Below are positions 1-14,141 of a DNA stretch of 64,000 bases, piece by piece. Each line of letters opens with the position of its first letter. The first letter of the stretch is position 1. The notes beneath the pieces are model-generated. The model saw only the letters and a program-made list of their open reading frames with translations, was not told the origin of the DNA and made no database searches. The translations under genes and the position numbers were made by a program. Source of the stretch: Antedon mediterranea (Eukaryota > Animalia > Echinodermata); assembly GCF_964355755.1 (NCBI RefSeq), contig NC_092675.1, positions 491,812 to 555,811 of the forward strand, in the 5' to 3' direction.

Positions 1-516
1 GAATGTGCAAAAAGTCACATTCGTGCAAACAACCATTGTGCAAACATGTTGAACTCAAATGTGCAAACAACCACATTTGTGCAAACATGTCACCTTCAAA
101 TGTGCAAATCTGCAGAAATGTATAATCCACTAATGTGCAAACATCACGCCATTAGATGTAAAAAGGATCATAATTTGACGTTAAAAATGTTCAAAAGAAA
201 TTCTACAAAATGTGCATTCAACAGAGTACTTAATGGATACTGTCGTATACTCATTTTAAAGTGCTGCATGCACATGATCTTAGACCTGTATGCATGGTCT
301 CTGTTAAATATTAAGAGTATATTGGGAAAAAATTGTTCAGTGCTTTAAAAATACTTTAAATACGCCATAAGCCTAGAAATTTGAATTTCTTTCCGGATCA
401 TGTCCTACTGATACAGTACAGTGCTCCATGCAATCCAGGCTCACGTACCCGTACCTGTTTACAGAATGCAAGGCATTGTCGTTTATGAATAATATTGTAT
501 GTAGCATTGTACTTAC

Positions 517-784
517 CCGGGAATAAGCAACCTGCATATACAAGGTAGCCAAGTTGATCTAATCTCAGGGCTAGACTGTGACCAAAGCCTGTATCACACC
601 CCGTTATAAACACTGCCTTGTTGCTAGGACTGAGCCTCCCTCTCGGTAATGCTTTGGATCCTACGTAAATACCAACAATCATCAAAACAATTGCTACAAT
701 GTATTCTGTTACGATAAAGCAACAGTATCCTAAAATTAAGCAGAACATCATTAATGAAATGTAAGTTGAATTTCCGACAGCCAT
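517..784 (-). CDS. BDH1-like short-chain dehydrogenase (SDR9C), copy A; first coding exon only, remainder presumably left of the window
   Basis: MAVGNS...[34 protein letters not shown] (TGxxxGxG Rossmann motif) followed by a gtaagt donor. Near-identical to exon 1 of copy B. Confidence 0.8.
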
Positions 785-1956
785 GATTGAATTTCCGACT
801 TCAGCAAATATCCAGTAGACCCTTATCTACAGACTGTTGAATGTCGTAATACAATACAGCACTGTAAATAAAACATTGTATTGAGTATGCCCCAGAAACT
901 ACTGTATACGCAAAAAATCTTTGCTATTCACCACAATTAATCAACCTTAAATTGGTTTAAGGGCATTTAAAAACTGAACACCATTCAGTCTTAAATGCTC
1001 TTAAAACCACAATATTTTTACCATATAGTACCATCGTATACTCATCAATAATCATCTGCTTCAATTGTTAATCTGTATGGGTATGTTATGGCATATCTAT
1101 ATACAGTATAAATTTACGTAAGGGTGTAAAATTCGGTAAATCGCGCGTTACTTCTAGAATGTTTACTCGATGGTAGGCCCAATATAAAGTTGATTCGCCT
1201 AAAGACCATGTTTACTAATTAAGTTGAATTAGATAATTAGTTAGACAATTAAAACGGATTTAGGCTCAAAGATTTTGCCCAAATAGGGGTGATTTCCGAT
1301 CCGTGGTATACAATGTCTAATGGAAGTCGATGCTGAAAAATACCCGCAAGTGAGTTGACCAATCACAATTAGTGATAATCATCCAACCTGTTTCTTGTCG
1401 TAGGTGAACTTGTTTGCGTCTACGTGTTTGCGTTACGTCTTCAGTTGGTAGGCCTACAGTACCAAGCTTTTTAGGCGTGTTGTCTATTTAAATAGACGTC
1501 CCTAATTTCGTTGGAAAAAAATTGGAAATGTGTAACGCTTGGCATTTCGTGTCATTTCGTGTTGCGAAAATATGGAATGTTAGTTTTATTTACTACGGTA
1601 CTTTTTGTCTTTCGTTCGCTTGCATATTTTTAGTTAATATTCTCGTTTATAATTATTTTATTTAACGTTATTGACTGATATAAAATAAATATAAATAAAT
1701 AATAATTCTTATATCTCTAAATGTCTCAAAATATCTGGGACATTCTTAACTTACTTTACACGGACGCTATCTCTATCATTAATCCGAAGTGCCTTACTTA
1801 TTTTATACGTTGTGCATATATGCAAAAACAATCCTTTATTAGATTTATGGAAATGAGATAACAACATTTATTACAGGCATATGGTGCATATTCTCATCTA
1901 TACTGCAAATTAATAACAAATAATAAATGCTTATAGAAATAAATTTAAAATAATAT

Positions 1957-3797
1957 TTATTGTTGCGATTTGACGTAGGCAGGTAACGGCAACATCGAAT
2001 TCATTACTGAAATAAATTGAAGATCTCCTAACCACGATGGAAGCATTTCCATCATGTACATCTGTACGTACGTTATGATCAAACCGCCGACGAGGTAGCG
2101 ATGACGTGGTGTTCTTGATGTTACACTATCAACCATACTATCCACGACTGGTGTTGCATCCCCATAGCAATATTCGCGGCCTTTCCTGTAGAAGTCGGAC
2201 ATTCCGTCTTGATGTTCTTTTCCATAATCGTCCTTAACATCTTCTGGAACGTTTTTCCATATCTCTTCAGATATATTCTCAATATTGTTAATTCCTATAT
2301 TAGTAGCTTTTCCGTACTGACCTGGTTGAATGAGACATACCTGTAGTGAGAAATGACTACCATTATTACCATTTAAACTGTAAAAGTCAACCGGTATTTT
2401 AACTTTAGATATTGAACCTAAACTATTACAGTTCTAATATACCAGGAGCGTTGTGTGGTGTGAAGATTAATAGACCTATACTGTAATTATGTTGCTCTTG
2501 AAAAAAACAAAACTTTACAATATATTTACCGTTACGCCCCATGGACTCATCTCGTAGCGTAATGTATCGTTAAAACATTCAATCGCGTACTTGGTCATAC
2601 AGTAGGCACCGTTTCCTGGAATGGCACTTATTCCACCAATGCTTCCAACGTTGATAACACGACCTACATATTATTTGTAAAGATAAACAAGAAGAGAATA
2701 TACCTTATGATTTTACATAAATTAGAGTGTGCATTTATGAATACATTTTATTTTCTGACTGCATCCTCATTTTTAAAGATTCCAGGAAGGTTTCCAGGAT
2801 AACGTCACATATTACAACCGATAATTTAATATGTTGGTTAGCGTAAAAACATCTTTATCACTGTAGCATACCCGGTTTAATTTCACTATACCTTTACATC
2901 GTCGTATCATTGGTAGAAATGCCTTAGTAACTCTAATCGTTCCGTATACATTAACTTCAGCAATGCTTTTAAACGTCTCCATCTGTGTTATCTCAATTTC
3001 TCCGTATGTCCATATACCGGCATTATTTACGATCGCCCACAAACCTACAAACGAATGTATAATAACTCTATATGACCATGCCTATAATGTGTATGTGCAA
3101 TTGTTACCGTAAAAGTACAACGAAAAGTTGTATTTTCTTTCAAATATTGGAATAGGAAGAAAGGTATAGGTCATTGTTGTTCTATCAGCTTGACGTGCTT
3201 GAATGACATTAATATTGGATGGAAACAGTTACTTACAGAAACCTTTAGGAAGTGACTTCTGTGCCGTTTCTTTAGCAGCCAACACAGATTCTTCAGATGT
3301 GATATCACATGCAACTATTGTCAGACGATTAGTAGTTGATGATGTGCTCAGTAATTTTGCGTTTTCACGATCTAACCAAAACCAACGAGAATTTTATTGA
3401 TAATTAAACAAGAACAAATAACTAAAAAAAAAAAAGACAGGCTGCTGCTAATATGATTAACTTCTCCATTGCTGTGCCGCTAGCTTGCACATCTGTAAAG
3501 CTGAGAAATTAGTACAAATTAGTACTTACCCGGGAATAAGCAACCTGCATATACAAGGTAGCCAAGTTGATCTAATCTCAGAGCTAGGCTGTGACCAAAG
3601 CCTGTATCACACCCCGTTATAAACACTGCTTTGTTGTTAGGACTGAGCCTCCCTCTCGGTACTGCTTTGGATCCTATGTAAATACCTATACTTATAAATA
3701 AAACTGCTACAATATATTCTGTTAAAATAAAGCAACAGCATCCTAAAAGTAAGCAAAACACCATCAATGAAATATAAGTTGAATTTCCGACAGCCAT
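1957..3797 (-). CDS. D-beta-hydroxybutyrate dehydrogenase/retinol dehydrogenase-like SDR, copy B; 5 coding exons
   Basis: Exons ~3797-3530, 3371-3237, 3044-2892, 2663-2530, 2340-1957 join in frame at GT-AG boundaries. N-terminal hydrophobic anchor, [17 protein letters not shown] and catalytic YCMTK (YxxxK). Confidence 0.9.
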
Positions 3798-4088
3798 GTT
3801 TTTGGGGGATAGTTTACATAGCAGGGTCTAAAGTCTACATTACAGAACTTTATACCACAGAGTATTTATAGATCATACACACTTGTTCTTATTTTGTATT
3901 TAATGTAATAGTAATTAGAAAATATATAAAATAAAAAAATAGAAAAGACATATGCGGCTTGATTGTTGACATAAATGTGTTAATGTCATCAATATATTGA
4001 TGATAACACGATCATCATATACATTTCGATTCCTTTAACACTACATTAAAATACAGTTTTATCTCGGAAGGAAGCCCATACTACCTAA

Positions 4089-4794
4089 ACAAGGCCATAT
4101 AGATGGCTGCAGTCGCGTGCTCTGAGTTAGTGTTTACCGACCGACCGACCGACCAACCGACCAACCGATCGACCGACCGAAATTGCTGAACATGTTTAAA
4201 ACAATTTATATTTTTTTAAATTTAGGCCAGATAACGTAATTTCGAGTTGAAAAGCGAATCAAATATGATATTATTTTTTAACAAGTTGTAAAACAGAAAT
4301 CCGGCAAAAACAGTGCATATTAACATTTAACGCGCAATGCGCATGCAAAAATCTGCACACTCATGGCAATTTTTTAAATGCTTAAAATTGCCTGAAACGT
4401 ACTCTTATTTCATCGAAAATAAATGTTGACAATTTTAAACATTTTTAAGCGCGCGTACGCATGCATTATATGAGCTACGCACGTAATTGTAGTGTCATAT
4501 GATTTATGCCCTGAAATTTATGAGTACCACATTTTATTTAATTGTGATTCATGCTTGTGAAGATATGATTACAAACGTGATTTCGTTAAATCGTGCGTAG
4601 ACCGCGTAATTTTTGATTGCGCACCGTGAAAACATAACCACATCGATTCCTGGCCATAAGGAATATACTGTTAAAAATAAACATAGCTAGATGAAACTGA
4701 TATCAAGACAAGGCGATATACAAGGTACTGTTGACCGACCGACCAACCGACCGACATAATGAACTGTAGTAGAGTCTTTGCACGCGACTAAAAA
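4089..4794. mobile_element. Helentron-associated non-autonomous element (HINE/DINE-1-like), long form
   Basis: Starts aacaaggccatat, has subterminal inverted repeats agtcgcgtgc/gcacgcgact and two (ccga)n microsatellites, and ends in an A-run. Both ends match the element at 51610-51710. Confidence 0.7.
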
Positions 4795-5413
4795 TCCCAG
4801 TGGGCGAGGCTTAGTTCTTTGGCTTACTTTTCATCAATGTTGGTGGCGCAATTGAACATTTCTCATTCATTACGAAATTCTCTGTGTGTATTCCATGTGA
4901 TAGGGAGACTGATATGATATTGTAAATTGTTATTAAACTTAGTTATTTAATGTGATTCGATGTAAGTCATATTTTTAGTTGTTTTGGTGTTTATAATAAA
5001 TAAATGAATCTAGGTACAATAAACAGGCATATAAGCGCAATGTAGTAGGCATTACTACTCTAGCTCTAGGCCACCTCTCAGCTGGTCTATTTTTTTCGAT
5101 CTGATTATCTGGCCCAATACCCACTTTGCCTCCCGAGGAGAGATGGTAGATTCTTGGCTTAGCTACTACTGTACTTTTTTTTTTACCCTTATCTAAAATG
5201 TATAAAAGAGTTATTTATTATACTGTATTGATAACTCTAAACAAAAATACATCAAATCTGTAGTTAGATAGGCTACCTAGTAGGGGTAGTAAAAAAATGT
5301 ATGATTATTATTAAATCATTAAATAATGAATGTAGGCCTAGGCTATCTATGAATGATGTATGTTGAAATAATTGATTCAATTTAAATCAATGTGAAATTA
5401 TTTTTCAGAAATC

Positions 5414-8400
5414 ATGAAATGCCATTATGAAGTACTAGGTGTTGAACAAAATGCCTCTGACAACAGTTTAAAAAAAGCATACAGAAAATTAGCATTACAA
5501 TGGCATCCAGGTACTGGCATTTTTTATGTAAAGAAAAATTACAAAAATATAAATATTAAATAAATTTATCCTAGAATGCAATTTAATTACAATATAACTA
5601 ATAAGAAACCTGATTAATACAGGAATGCCAAAATAAATTGGTCTTTTAAGATACGACATAAATATAAAAACCGTTTGTTTTTATAAATTTAACTTTTCAG
5701 ACAAAAATCCAGACCGTATTGACGAATGCACTTCTTATTTTGCTGTCATACAGCAGGCTTATGATGTGTTAAGTGATCCACAGGAGCGAGCATGGTATGA
5801 TAAACACAGAGAAGCCATCATTCGCGGAGGTCAGTGTTTGATTAAATTGGGTGGGGAATGGGATAGGGTTATAACTTACCCTCATTAAATGCCATAGTTT
5901 GGACAGCATCACAACCAGACTGACACACAAATTGAGGTTTAAACTAATATATTAAGAAGAATGCTATAAACTAATATTTACTTTTGAATAATATTTTAAA
6001 TAACAATTTTTTGATCGCTTTCTTTCTTCTCTCCCCATGAAGAATATTGTCAAAGGAGGAATTGGAATGAAAAAAAAGGAAAAGTTTTTATAGAGATAAT
6101 AGCAATTGGGATTTAAATGTTTTTACTTTGTTTTAAGAATAAGTTTTAACTTTGTATATTTTAAAATGCAGTTGATTGTTAAAAGAGAAAATGATCGGCC
6201 TACCTGACGTACTGTAATTCTATGTTTTATTATGTAGCACAATGGCATTCACCACTAGTTTTAGGCTAGCTATATCAAGGATAGTTTGTTAAATAATTTT
6301 TTTCTTCTAGGATTTGGTGATGACTACAAGGATGACTTTATTGATTTGGTTCCGTACTTGTCACCGTCATGTTACTCAGGTTTCTCAGATGATTCCAAGG
6401 TACACTAATTACTATAATTAGAAAGAAACCCTACTGTACTCTTTTAAAAACTGTACTCAAAGTACTTTACAAATAAATGATTTAGCACTGAGAGTATATT
6501 TTGCAAGACATAAAATGTACAAACTTTGTATTTAAAAAGCAATTTGTTTTTCATCTTTACATACGTATAATATATTCTTTGGAAAGGTTTCAGAAAGGCT
6601 TCATAAAAACTTGACCCTTTTATGTGTTTTTAGGGATTTTATTCTGTATATGGTGATGTGTTTCATAAAATAGCCGAAGAAGACAAAAGATTTATGGACT
6701 CTGATGCTAGTGATTATGATATTCCCGCATTTGGGGATTCAAAAAGTAATTACGAAGAGGTTAGATTTTATATTAATTATGCTAAATTAAATAATTTTGC
6801 ATCACACACTCAATCGAATATTAGGGACTTCAGCACTGAGTATTGTTTTTTGTTATAATTTTGAATACTGAGTATAGAGATATGTCAAATAAAAATAATA
6901 AATACATTAATAAGGTTTATTTTAATATTAATTGACAGGTTGTTCATATATTTTACGCATATTGGCAAAGCTATAGCACTTCAAGGTCATTTGTTTGGGT
7001 TGAGAAATATGACACAAGAGAAGCACCTAATCGACAAATTTCACGACTGATGGAAAAGGACAACAAGAAACTTAGAGACAAAGCAAAGAAAGCATGGAAC
7101 GGCCATATCAGGGTAAAGCTCTGTCTACACTGTCAAACTTTATGTGATGTGCCCATATATGGACATGATGATGTCATATTAGTGCCATATTTGAGTATAT
7201 CACTACCATATATGGTATTTTTGTCAAATTAGTTTGATAGTGTAGACAAAGCTCTAGGGTAACTTTTCTTCATTTATATTTTGTTGGAGGTTATTATATT
7301 TTATTTTTAGTTATTTAACATATTTTTTTTTATATATTGTGTTATTCCCTGCTGTATGTTATGTTTGATTAACTAATTTTTTTAACCTTAAAATAATTTC
7401 ATACATTTTAATTTCTTTCAGGAATTAGTAACAATGGTTAAGAAACGTGACAAACGAGTACAAGCAAGGAAGGTAATAAGTTTCACACTTTTATTTTTGT
7501 AATCAATTTAATTTAACAGAGAGTGAAAACAGATGAGTTATTTAACAGAATTTGTATCCCACCCACAAAGGAAACATTAACCATTTGAATCAAAGACTGG
7601 CACTAGTCTTGCTGTACAAATGGGAATGTAATGTATTGATCCTGGACAAATGTATACAGTCAACTCTCCCAAAACTTTCCCAAAACCAGACTTTCCTTTA
7701 AAGTTTTTGAGAAAGAGTAAGAGGAAGACCAATATTACTTTATTTAGATGTTTTAAGAATCTATTATGTGTAAAGTGGGACGTGCCCACGAAAGACAAAC
7801 AAATTTGAGGTCAAAAAGGTCTCAAATTTAATTTTACATATTAGGCCAGCCCAAAGGTGTCTGGTGTTGGAAGAGTTGATTGTACTTATGAAACAAATGC
7901 ATAATTACAATGATATTAAAGAACTAACAAAGTGAAATATTAGAAACTTAAATGAATGTCATTAACATTTGTTGTTTTGTTATATGAAAGGCACTGATGG
8001 AGGAAAGAGCAGCAGAAAGAAAGAAGTTGGAGGCAGAGAGAAAAGTAAAACAGCAGAAAGAAAGAGCCAAGTGAGTACAAAATACTTTTGATGATGGCTG
8101 TATACACACTCTGGTATAAATATGAGTCTAATATCAAATCAAATAATACTCTTTTGTCCTAAGTAAATTCAAGGATCGATATAGTGGAGAAAAAAATAAA
8201 TACAGCAGTACTGTATATACAAATAATACACAAATTTGTTATAAAAATATGAAATTGTCATCTCTAGACGTCATGAAGAATATGCAATAGAGGGTATGAA
8301 AGCCAAGGCAGAAATGGAGGAAGATCTACAAGCTATGGAGGCTAAGCTGAATGAAGAGTTTGGTGTCAATTCATCAGTAAGCTTAGGTTAGTATCAATGA

Positions 8401-11400
8401 TGTTGTATGACATTCCCTAATTGGCCAACCAACATATATGACTGACTACCTATTTTCTGAACTGCTAACTGTCCAATGAAGTTGTAGAATGTTACTTATG
8501 TCCTTATAGCTTTAATCAAATTACTATGTCATTTAATATTGTCCTTAATGTTTTAGACGGCTCAGATGACTGTTCAGATCCAGATGAGATGTTAAGTGAT
8601 CTGTTTTGTATTGCATGTAATAAAGAATTCAAAAGTGATAAAGCGTAAGTAACCAAGCCTACATTAAGTACATATAAACAAATAGTAATAACACTCCAAT
8701 TGAACCTAAAGCTCTGTCTACACTATCAAACTTTATGTGGGAAAAAAATGTGATGTGCCCATATATGGACATGATGATATATCGATACCACATTTTGGGA
8801 CATCACACTTTTATCAAACTAGTTTGGTAGTGTAGACAAAGCTTTATAATAAACAGTTAAAGTTACTTTTTTTTCTGGTGACAGATTTGCAAATCATGAG
8901 AATTCGAAGAAACACAAAGAAAACATGACTTTTTTAAAACAGCAAATGGAAGATGAGGAGTCGGAATTTGTAGGAGAAGATGAGGAGGAAAATGTTGATA
9001 GTGAAGAAATTGACAATTTAAATGGATCAACAATAGACACAGATGATGAAACTAAATCTACCAATAATGTTGAAGAGGATGCAGAACAATTTGTTCAATC
9101 TAAATCAAAGTTGGTGTTTTAAGCTGTTTGTTTTTAAAGGGGGGTTCCGGGTTTAAAATGAATAGTAAAAAATGTAAAATATATTTGTTTGTCTCTTGAA
9201 CGGTAAAAGTTTCAATTTATATAAGCGCCCAGTGAAGCAGAACGAAGGCTGTGAAATGAGGCCAGATTACAAGTGCAGCTACGGCAAAATCACACTGTGG
9301 TTACAGAATAGGAAATTCGTGAAATGGTCAATCTTCCGACGACTCGTTATCATTAACCATATCAATTACTTTTGTAAAATTATACTTATCTGATGTAATT
9401 TTAGTCGGTCTTCCCATTTATAAAGTCAATTTTCTATGAAAATCCATCAAAACAGTGAAAAATTAGATAAGTTTGCACTTTACGTTTGCCGATTTTCGCA
9501 CTGACTTAGGGAAAGCCTTCAAAATCAATGAAGCGTAACGTATACATTCCTGAGCGAGGAGAGCGAGACGACGATACACGTGCTCTCTCTGCCCATGCCT
9601 GGCATCGTCGCGTGATAAGCAGATACAGTATACAATACCAAACTGGTCGGGTCGAGTATACCCCGTCTATAATCACAACATGAACGATGTACAGTATTTG
9701 ATTGAAGGTCGACTCAACCTACCGGAATGGTATAGATAATATAGCTCGAATGAGAGAGTTGGAATATTTGTAAACATAAGTACAGTATTGCTAATTTTAA
9801 CAAGTGTAGCCTAGCGTAAGTAAAAGGCCTGGTAGTATCAATTCGCATAGGGTCTACTACACTAGCTAGCTCAATTTTTAACTGGGCCGGATCGGCTAGG
9901 CTAGGCTAGGTCTCCTTCCTACTACCGGTCTACTTGCTTGATGCAGTATCCGCTTTTTTGGAGAGTAAACTAGGCCTACTTATTAGACGATCGGGACACC
10001 ATACGTGCGGACGGTGATCGGACCTTGTTTTGCCTCAATATTTACAGCCGATTTTTGTAGAACGTTTTTAATAGGTTTAGATTGTTTAGGAGTTTGGTTG
10101 ATAGGATGGGTTTGGAATCCACTGAGTTTTGTTATTTATGGGCCAATCGTTTAGTAATAGGCTAGCTAGGCCCATGAATGATGGCCCCAATGTTTTAACG
10201 TAGCCATCGTGGCATGGAATCCCTAGTCAGAAATGGCTCTCACCCCGGCATGAATAAAATGATTTAGGCTAGGCCTAGCCTAGTACGTGAAGCCGATATA
10301 CGATCTGTACTATAGGCCTATTATTATAAATTCGAGGTATAAAAATAGTATAATTTATGACTCCGTAATCTGTACTAAATTTTGTATTTCATTAAATGTC
10401 AAATAAATATATGCTACTACTGTTATTATTACACTTTAGGCCTAGCTTAGCAAATCTACAAAAAATGTATTTCACAATGATCGGGTGGTCGTCGTTTGAC
10501 AGAGGAGAGAGAACACAACGTACAAGCTTGACGTCGCGAGTTTGGAATCCACTGATGACGTGATTTTGTGAATATCTCATGAATATTAATGAGCTTCCCT
10601 AAGCTGCTGAAAAACAGATTTTCCATGAATTTACCCTAAAATGTATATGAAATTTAATTTTTTTAATTTCTCGTTATTACTTCTTCATTCTGACATGTCT
10701 ATATTGTTATAATATTTTTTATTTAATAAATAAACGATATTTAAAAGCAATTTTAAACCCAGAATCCCCCTTTAAATACAGTAGAACCCCTATTACGGAC
10801 CACTTTGGGACCCCAACAAAGTATAAAAGTTTCTCTTGTTTAGGAGCTGGCCATAGTGTAAAAATATGTATTTCCCTTTGTTTATTTCACAGGAAAGTGT
10901 CAAGGAATGTCCCAAAGGAGGGGTTCATTTATCTAATTCATTTATGTATACTGTATTTAATACTTCAATTTAATTGATCATACAAAATAAAATATCTATC
11001 TATCTATTAGAGTAAGCTGATCAACTCATTGTTATTTTGATTTATTAGTTGCCAACAGTATTTACGCATTTTCTTGTTAGGTTATCAAAAAAACAAAAGA
11101 AGAGGCGGAGACAACAGAATAAAGTGAGTTTAAAACATTATAATTATACTTGTACATTATTGTTACAATAACTATCAAATATCATCAATTACTACTATTA
11201 AAACAGATGAATTTTTACTTTATAATGTAACCACAACTACATTACATAACAGTAGACATTATCACAGTCTGGGCTTCTGTAAAACACTAAACTTCTACTC
11301 ACTATATCTACCTCTACTATGTACAGTATCACCTGAGATTGTTTTGGAAGCCCAACCCAATCAAGTTGTCATGTTTTTCCTACGAATATATTTCCTAAGT

Positions 11401-12277
11401 TTTTAAAAGCTTGAAAATATGAAGAAAGTTAAGATTTTTAAATCATTTATTACAGAATAAAGAAGGTGATGAGAATGAAGAAGGTAACAATGAAGAAGAC
11501 AATGAAACCACTAAAAAACCAATCACATCAGAGGAAATAAACAAAATAACAGATGAATTAGGTGAAAGGTTAGAGGTCAACGATAATGACACTCTTACTA
11601 ACAATAAAGATTCTGATGGAGATAATGAGGAATTAACCCAAGCACCTGTGTAAGTGAAGAATTATTTTTACATTTCAGAATAATCTCTTTAGAAAAAGAT
11701 ACAAAATGGAGGTCAAAATGTAGGCCTATCACTAAGACCTTTTGATGTGAGTAACCTTATTACATTGTGCAAAATATTGATCATTTTGTACATTACATAA
11801 CATATATTTAAAAAAATGAAAATAGGACTTACTTGTTTTTTATTTTGTCTGTATTTAATTCTGTTGTTATATTTGATGAGAGAGAAAGCTATGAACACTG
11901 TAATTTCCAAATGTATGGATGAATAAAGTGATGTCTATGTCTATGTCTATCTAATACTGATAGAAACAAAACAAAACACTCTTTCTATGTTTATTTTCAG
12001 TAATGTAAAAAAGAAGGGCAAGAAAGCAAAACAAGCTCGCAAAGAAGCAGCAAGACAAAATGCTGTTGCTGGGGCAGATGAAACACACCAGCCACCACCA
12101 CCTGAGTCTTTAATATGTAACACCTGTAATATGAAATGCAAATCTAAAAATAAGTTATTCATTCATTTGAAAGAGAGTGGTCATTCACTGAGACTGCCCA
12201 GTACAGCGATGAAAGATGAAAAACGTAAAAAAGGGAAAAGAAGCAAAGGAAAAAACGCACATATACATGATTCTTGA
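5414..12277 (+). CDS. DNAJC21: DnaJ homolog subfamily C member 21 (Jjj1-like); ~13 coding exons
   Basis: [10 protein letters not shown]...LQWHP|DKNP J-domain (HPD split by an intron), [33 protein letters not shown], and two C2H2 fingers ([18 protein letters not shown]; [23 protein letters not shown]). Approximate exons 5414-5510, 5701-5829, 6311-6399, 6634-6759, 6939-7112, 7422-7472, 7991-8070, 8269-8376, 8558-8644, 8885-9109, 11081-11123, 11455-11649, 12001-12277. Confidence 0.93.
7116..7254. mobile_element. MITE family A copy (TIR aagctctgtctacactatcaaact), inserted at a DNAJC21 splice donor
   Basis: ~24-bp TIRs, TA flanks, and internal atcactaccatat repeats. About 11 related copies occur in the window. 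Confidence 0.85.
7657..7882. mobile_element. pogo/Tigger-like MITE
   Basis: TA|cagtcaactct...agagttgattg|TA. Related ends at 36557-36801. Confidence 0.6.
8709..8844. mobile_element. MITE family A copy
   Basis: aagctctgtctacactatcaaac...gtagtgtagacaaagctt with TA flanks. Confidence 0.85.
9138..10771. mobile_element. Kolobok-like non-autonomous DNA transposon in a DNAJC21 intron
   Basis: TTAA|aggggggttccgggtttaaaa...ttttaaacccagaatccccct|TTAA. TTAA TSD and 5'-RR...YY-3' ends fit Kolobok. No transposase ORF. Confidence 0.75.
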
Positions 12278-12853
12278 TATATTTTTGATTTTAATTTATT
12301 ATTAAATAAAATTTTAAACTGTAACTAAACAGTACATCGTGTGCAAATGGTTGTCTATTTGTAAATCTGTCATCAAAACATAGGCTTAGTACTATACTAA
12401 CACATACAAAATCAAACAAATATATCGGGACATTAAGCTATCATACCCACAGATAATGATGCATATCAAACAAATATATCTGGACATTAAGCTATCATAC
12501 CTACAGACAATGATGCATATCATATTAATTATAATTATTTTTAAAATGTGATAAAAAGAAAGCAAGTTTCTGTCCCATTTTAAATCTCCCGAGACAAACA
12601 AAATAATACGATCTCGTTTTAATTTGAGGGCGCTCTTTATAGCAGTCGACGGAAGTGGAGAAGGCAGACAATTAACAAATAAAAATACAATTTAAGAAAT
12701 ATATTTAAGCTAATATGTGTAATTAAATTATAAGATTATATTTTTTTTAAATGTATCTTATAAATTTAGTATATTATATTTTTAAAAGGTAAAATTATCT
12801 AAAATATATTTGTTATTTCTAAGTACTTAGATAAAGTTTATTTTCCTTAGTAA

Positions 12854-12867
12854 CTGTCCATAGCAAC
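12854..12867. promoter_or_regulatory. Candidate RFX X-box at the CFAP57 promoter
   Basis: ctgtccatagcaac, with a strong RGYAAC half-site, just upstream of a probable non-coding first exon (donor cag|gtaaaa at 12951). CFAP57 is a motile-cilia gene. Confidence 0.5.
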
Positions 12868-13406
12868 TAACACTGCTGTCGCGCGTTTCGTCGATCTCCT
12901 GTGTTTGTTGTTTTTGTTGTAGTTGTGATGAGTATTTAATACATTTTCAGGTAAAATTTTGGACTATTTTGAATTTGAATAATAATCTGTCTAGCTAGAT
13001 ATAGTTACTGAATATATGTTCACATCGATTGATGCAAAAAAGTAGGCACTAGGAGGCCTAGCTAGCTAGCCTATCTAAGACTAGGTAGACCTCTCTGTCT
13101 GGCCTACTCTAGCCTCTACACTAGTAGTAGAGAGGCATAGCCTAGGGCCATGCCTAGTAGTAGGGCTAGGCCTAGCTAGGCCCTAGGCTAGTAAAATGAA
13201 TGAATGTGCTGATGATGAGCCCTGACTGTGGTGGTGATGGGGTGACTGTGTCCTGTGTGTGAGAGGACTAGGCCAAGGTTCTGTCAATGAAACTACTCTC
13301 AACCATGATAATAATCATGATAAAAAAGGCAGGCAAAAGGTTACGCGTGTATATTCAGAATGTTTGTTAATAATAATATTTAATATACAATACATCATTA
13401 AATTAA

Positions 13407-14141
13407 CGCCGTGGTTAGGATTCCGGCACCGGAACTCAACTGCCCAGCGTTAGGGAATCCGACACGCTATTGCGCATGCCCAGAGCGAGGTAATCGGCGA
13501 CTCTATACTTACGAACTAGCCTAGCTAGATGCCTACTAATAATGGGATCTACTAATCTAGGCTAGGGCTACCAGTTAGACGTGACCAGTGGGCCTATACT
13601 ATATAGTATTTATTTTGTAATTAAAAAGTGGTTGCTTCATTCATATATAAACTTCATATCATTATGAATTAAATAATTACATGACTAGTTTTATGAACGC
13701 ATTTTACTGTCCATAACAACATGCAATCACAAGTTGATTTGTTGTCGGCAGCCACCGCGTGGATGTGAAAAAACTGTTCGGGAAGTCAGTCAGGGTCGCA
13801 ACGCTAAAAACAGCATTACGATTCTTAAATATTAGATAGATACTGATACTTATTAATATCATTATAATTATTTTAACGCGTGGCGTAGTCGTATTTGAAT
13901 TATTAATTCATATATGGCATAGGCCTAGGCCAAGTTTCATCCCATCGCTCTCTCGCTCGCGCAACGACTATCTAGGCTACAGTAAATCCCTATAACACTC
14001 CCGACTCTCCGTGGTGTGGCAGTGGCACACTATTAGTGCAAGCTATAATTCACTTCCCATAGCTCTGGGCATGCGCAATAGCGTGTCGGATTCCCTAACG
14101 GTGGGCAGTTGAGTTCCGGTGCCGGAATCCTAACCACGGCG
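13407..14141. mobile_element. Non-autonomous DNA transposon with ~80-bp TIRs in CFAP57 intron 1
   Basis: TTAA|cgccgtggttaggattccggcaccgg...catgcccagagc and its near-perfect reverse complement ending ccacggcg|TTAA. Confidence 0.8.

Noticed and set aside
1-348. 100-aa ORF and repeated tgtgcaaa motif
   Set aside because: Low-complexity motif repetition, probably a TE subterminal region cut by the window edge. No recognisable protein.
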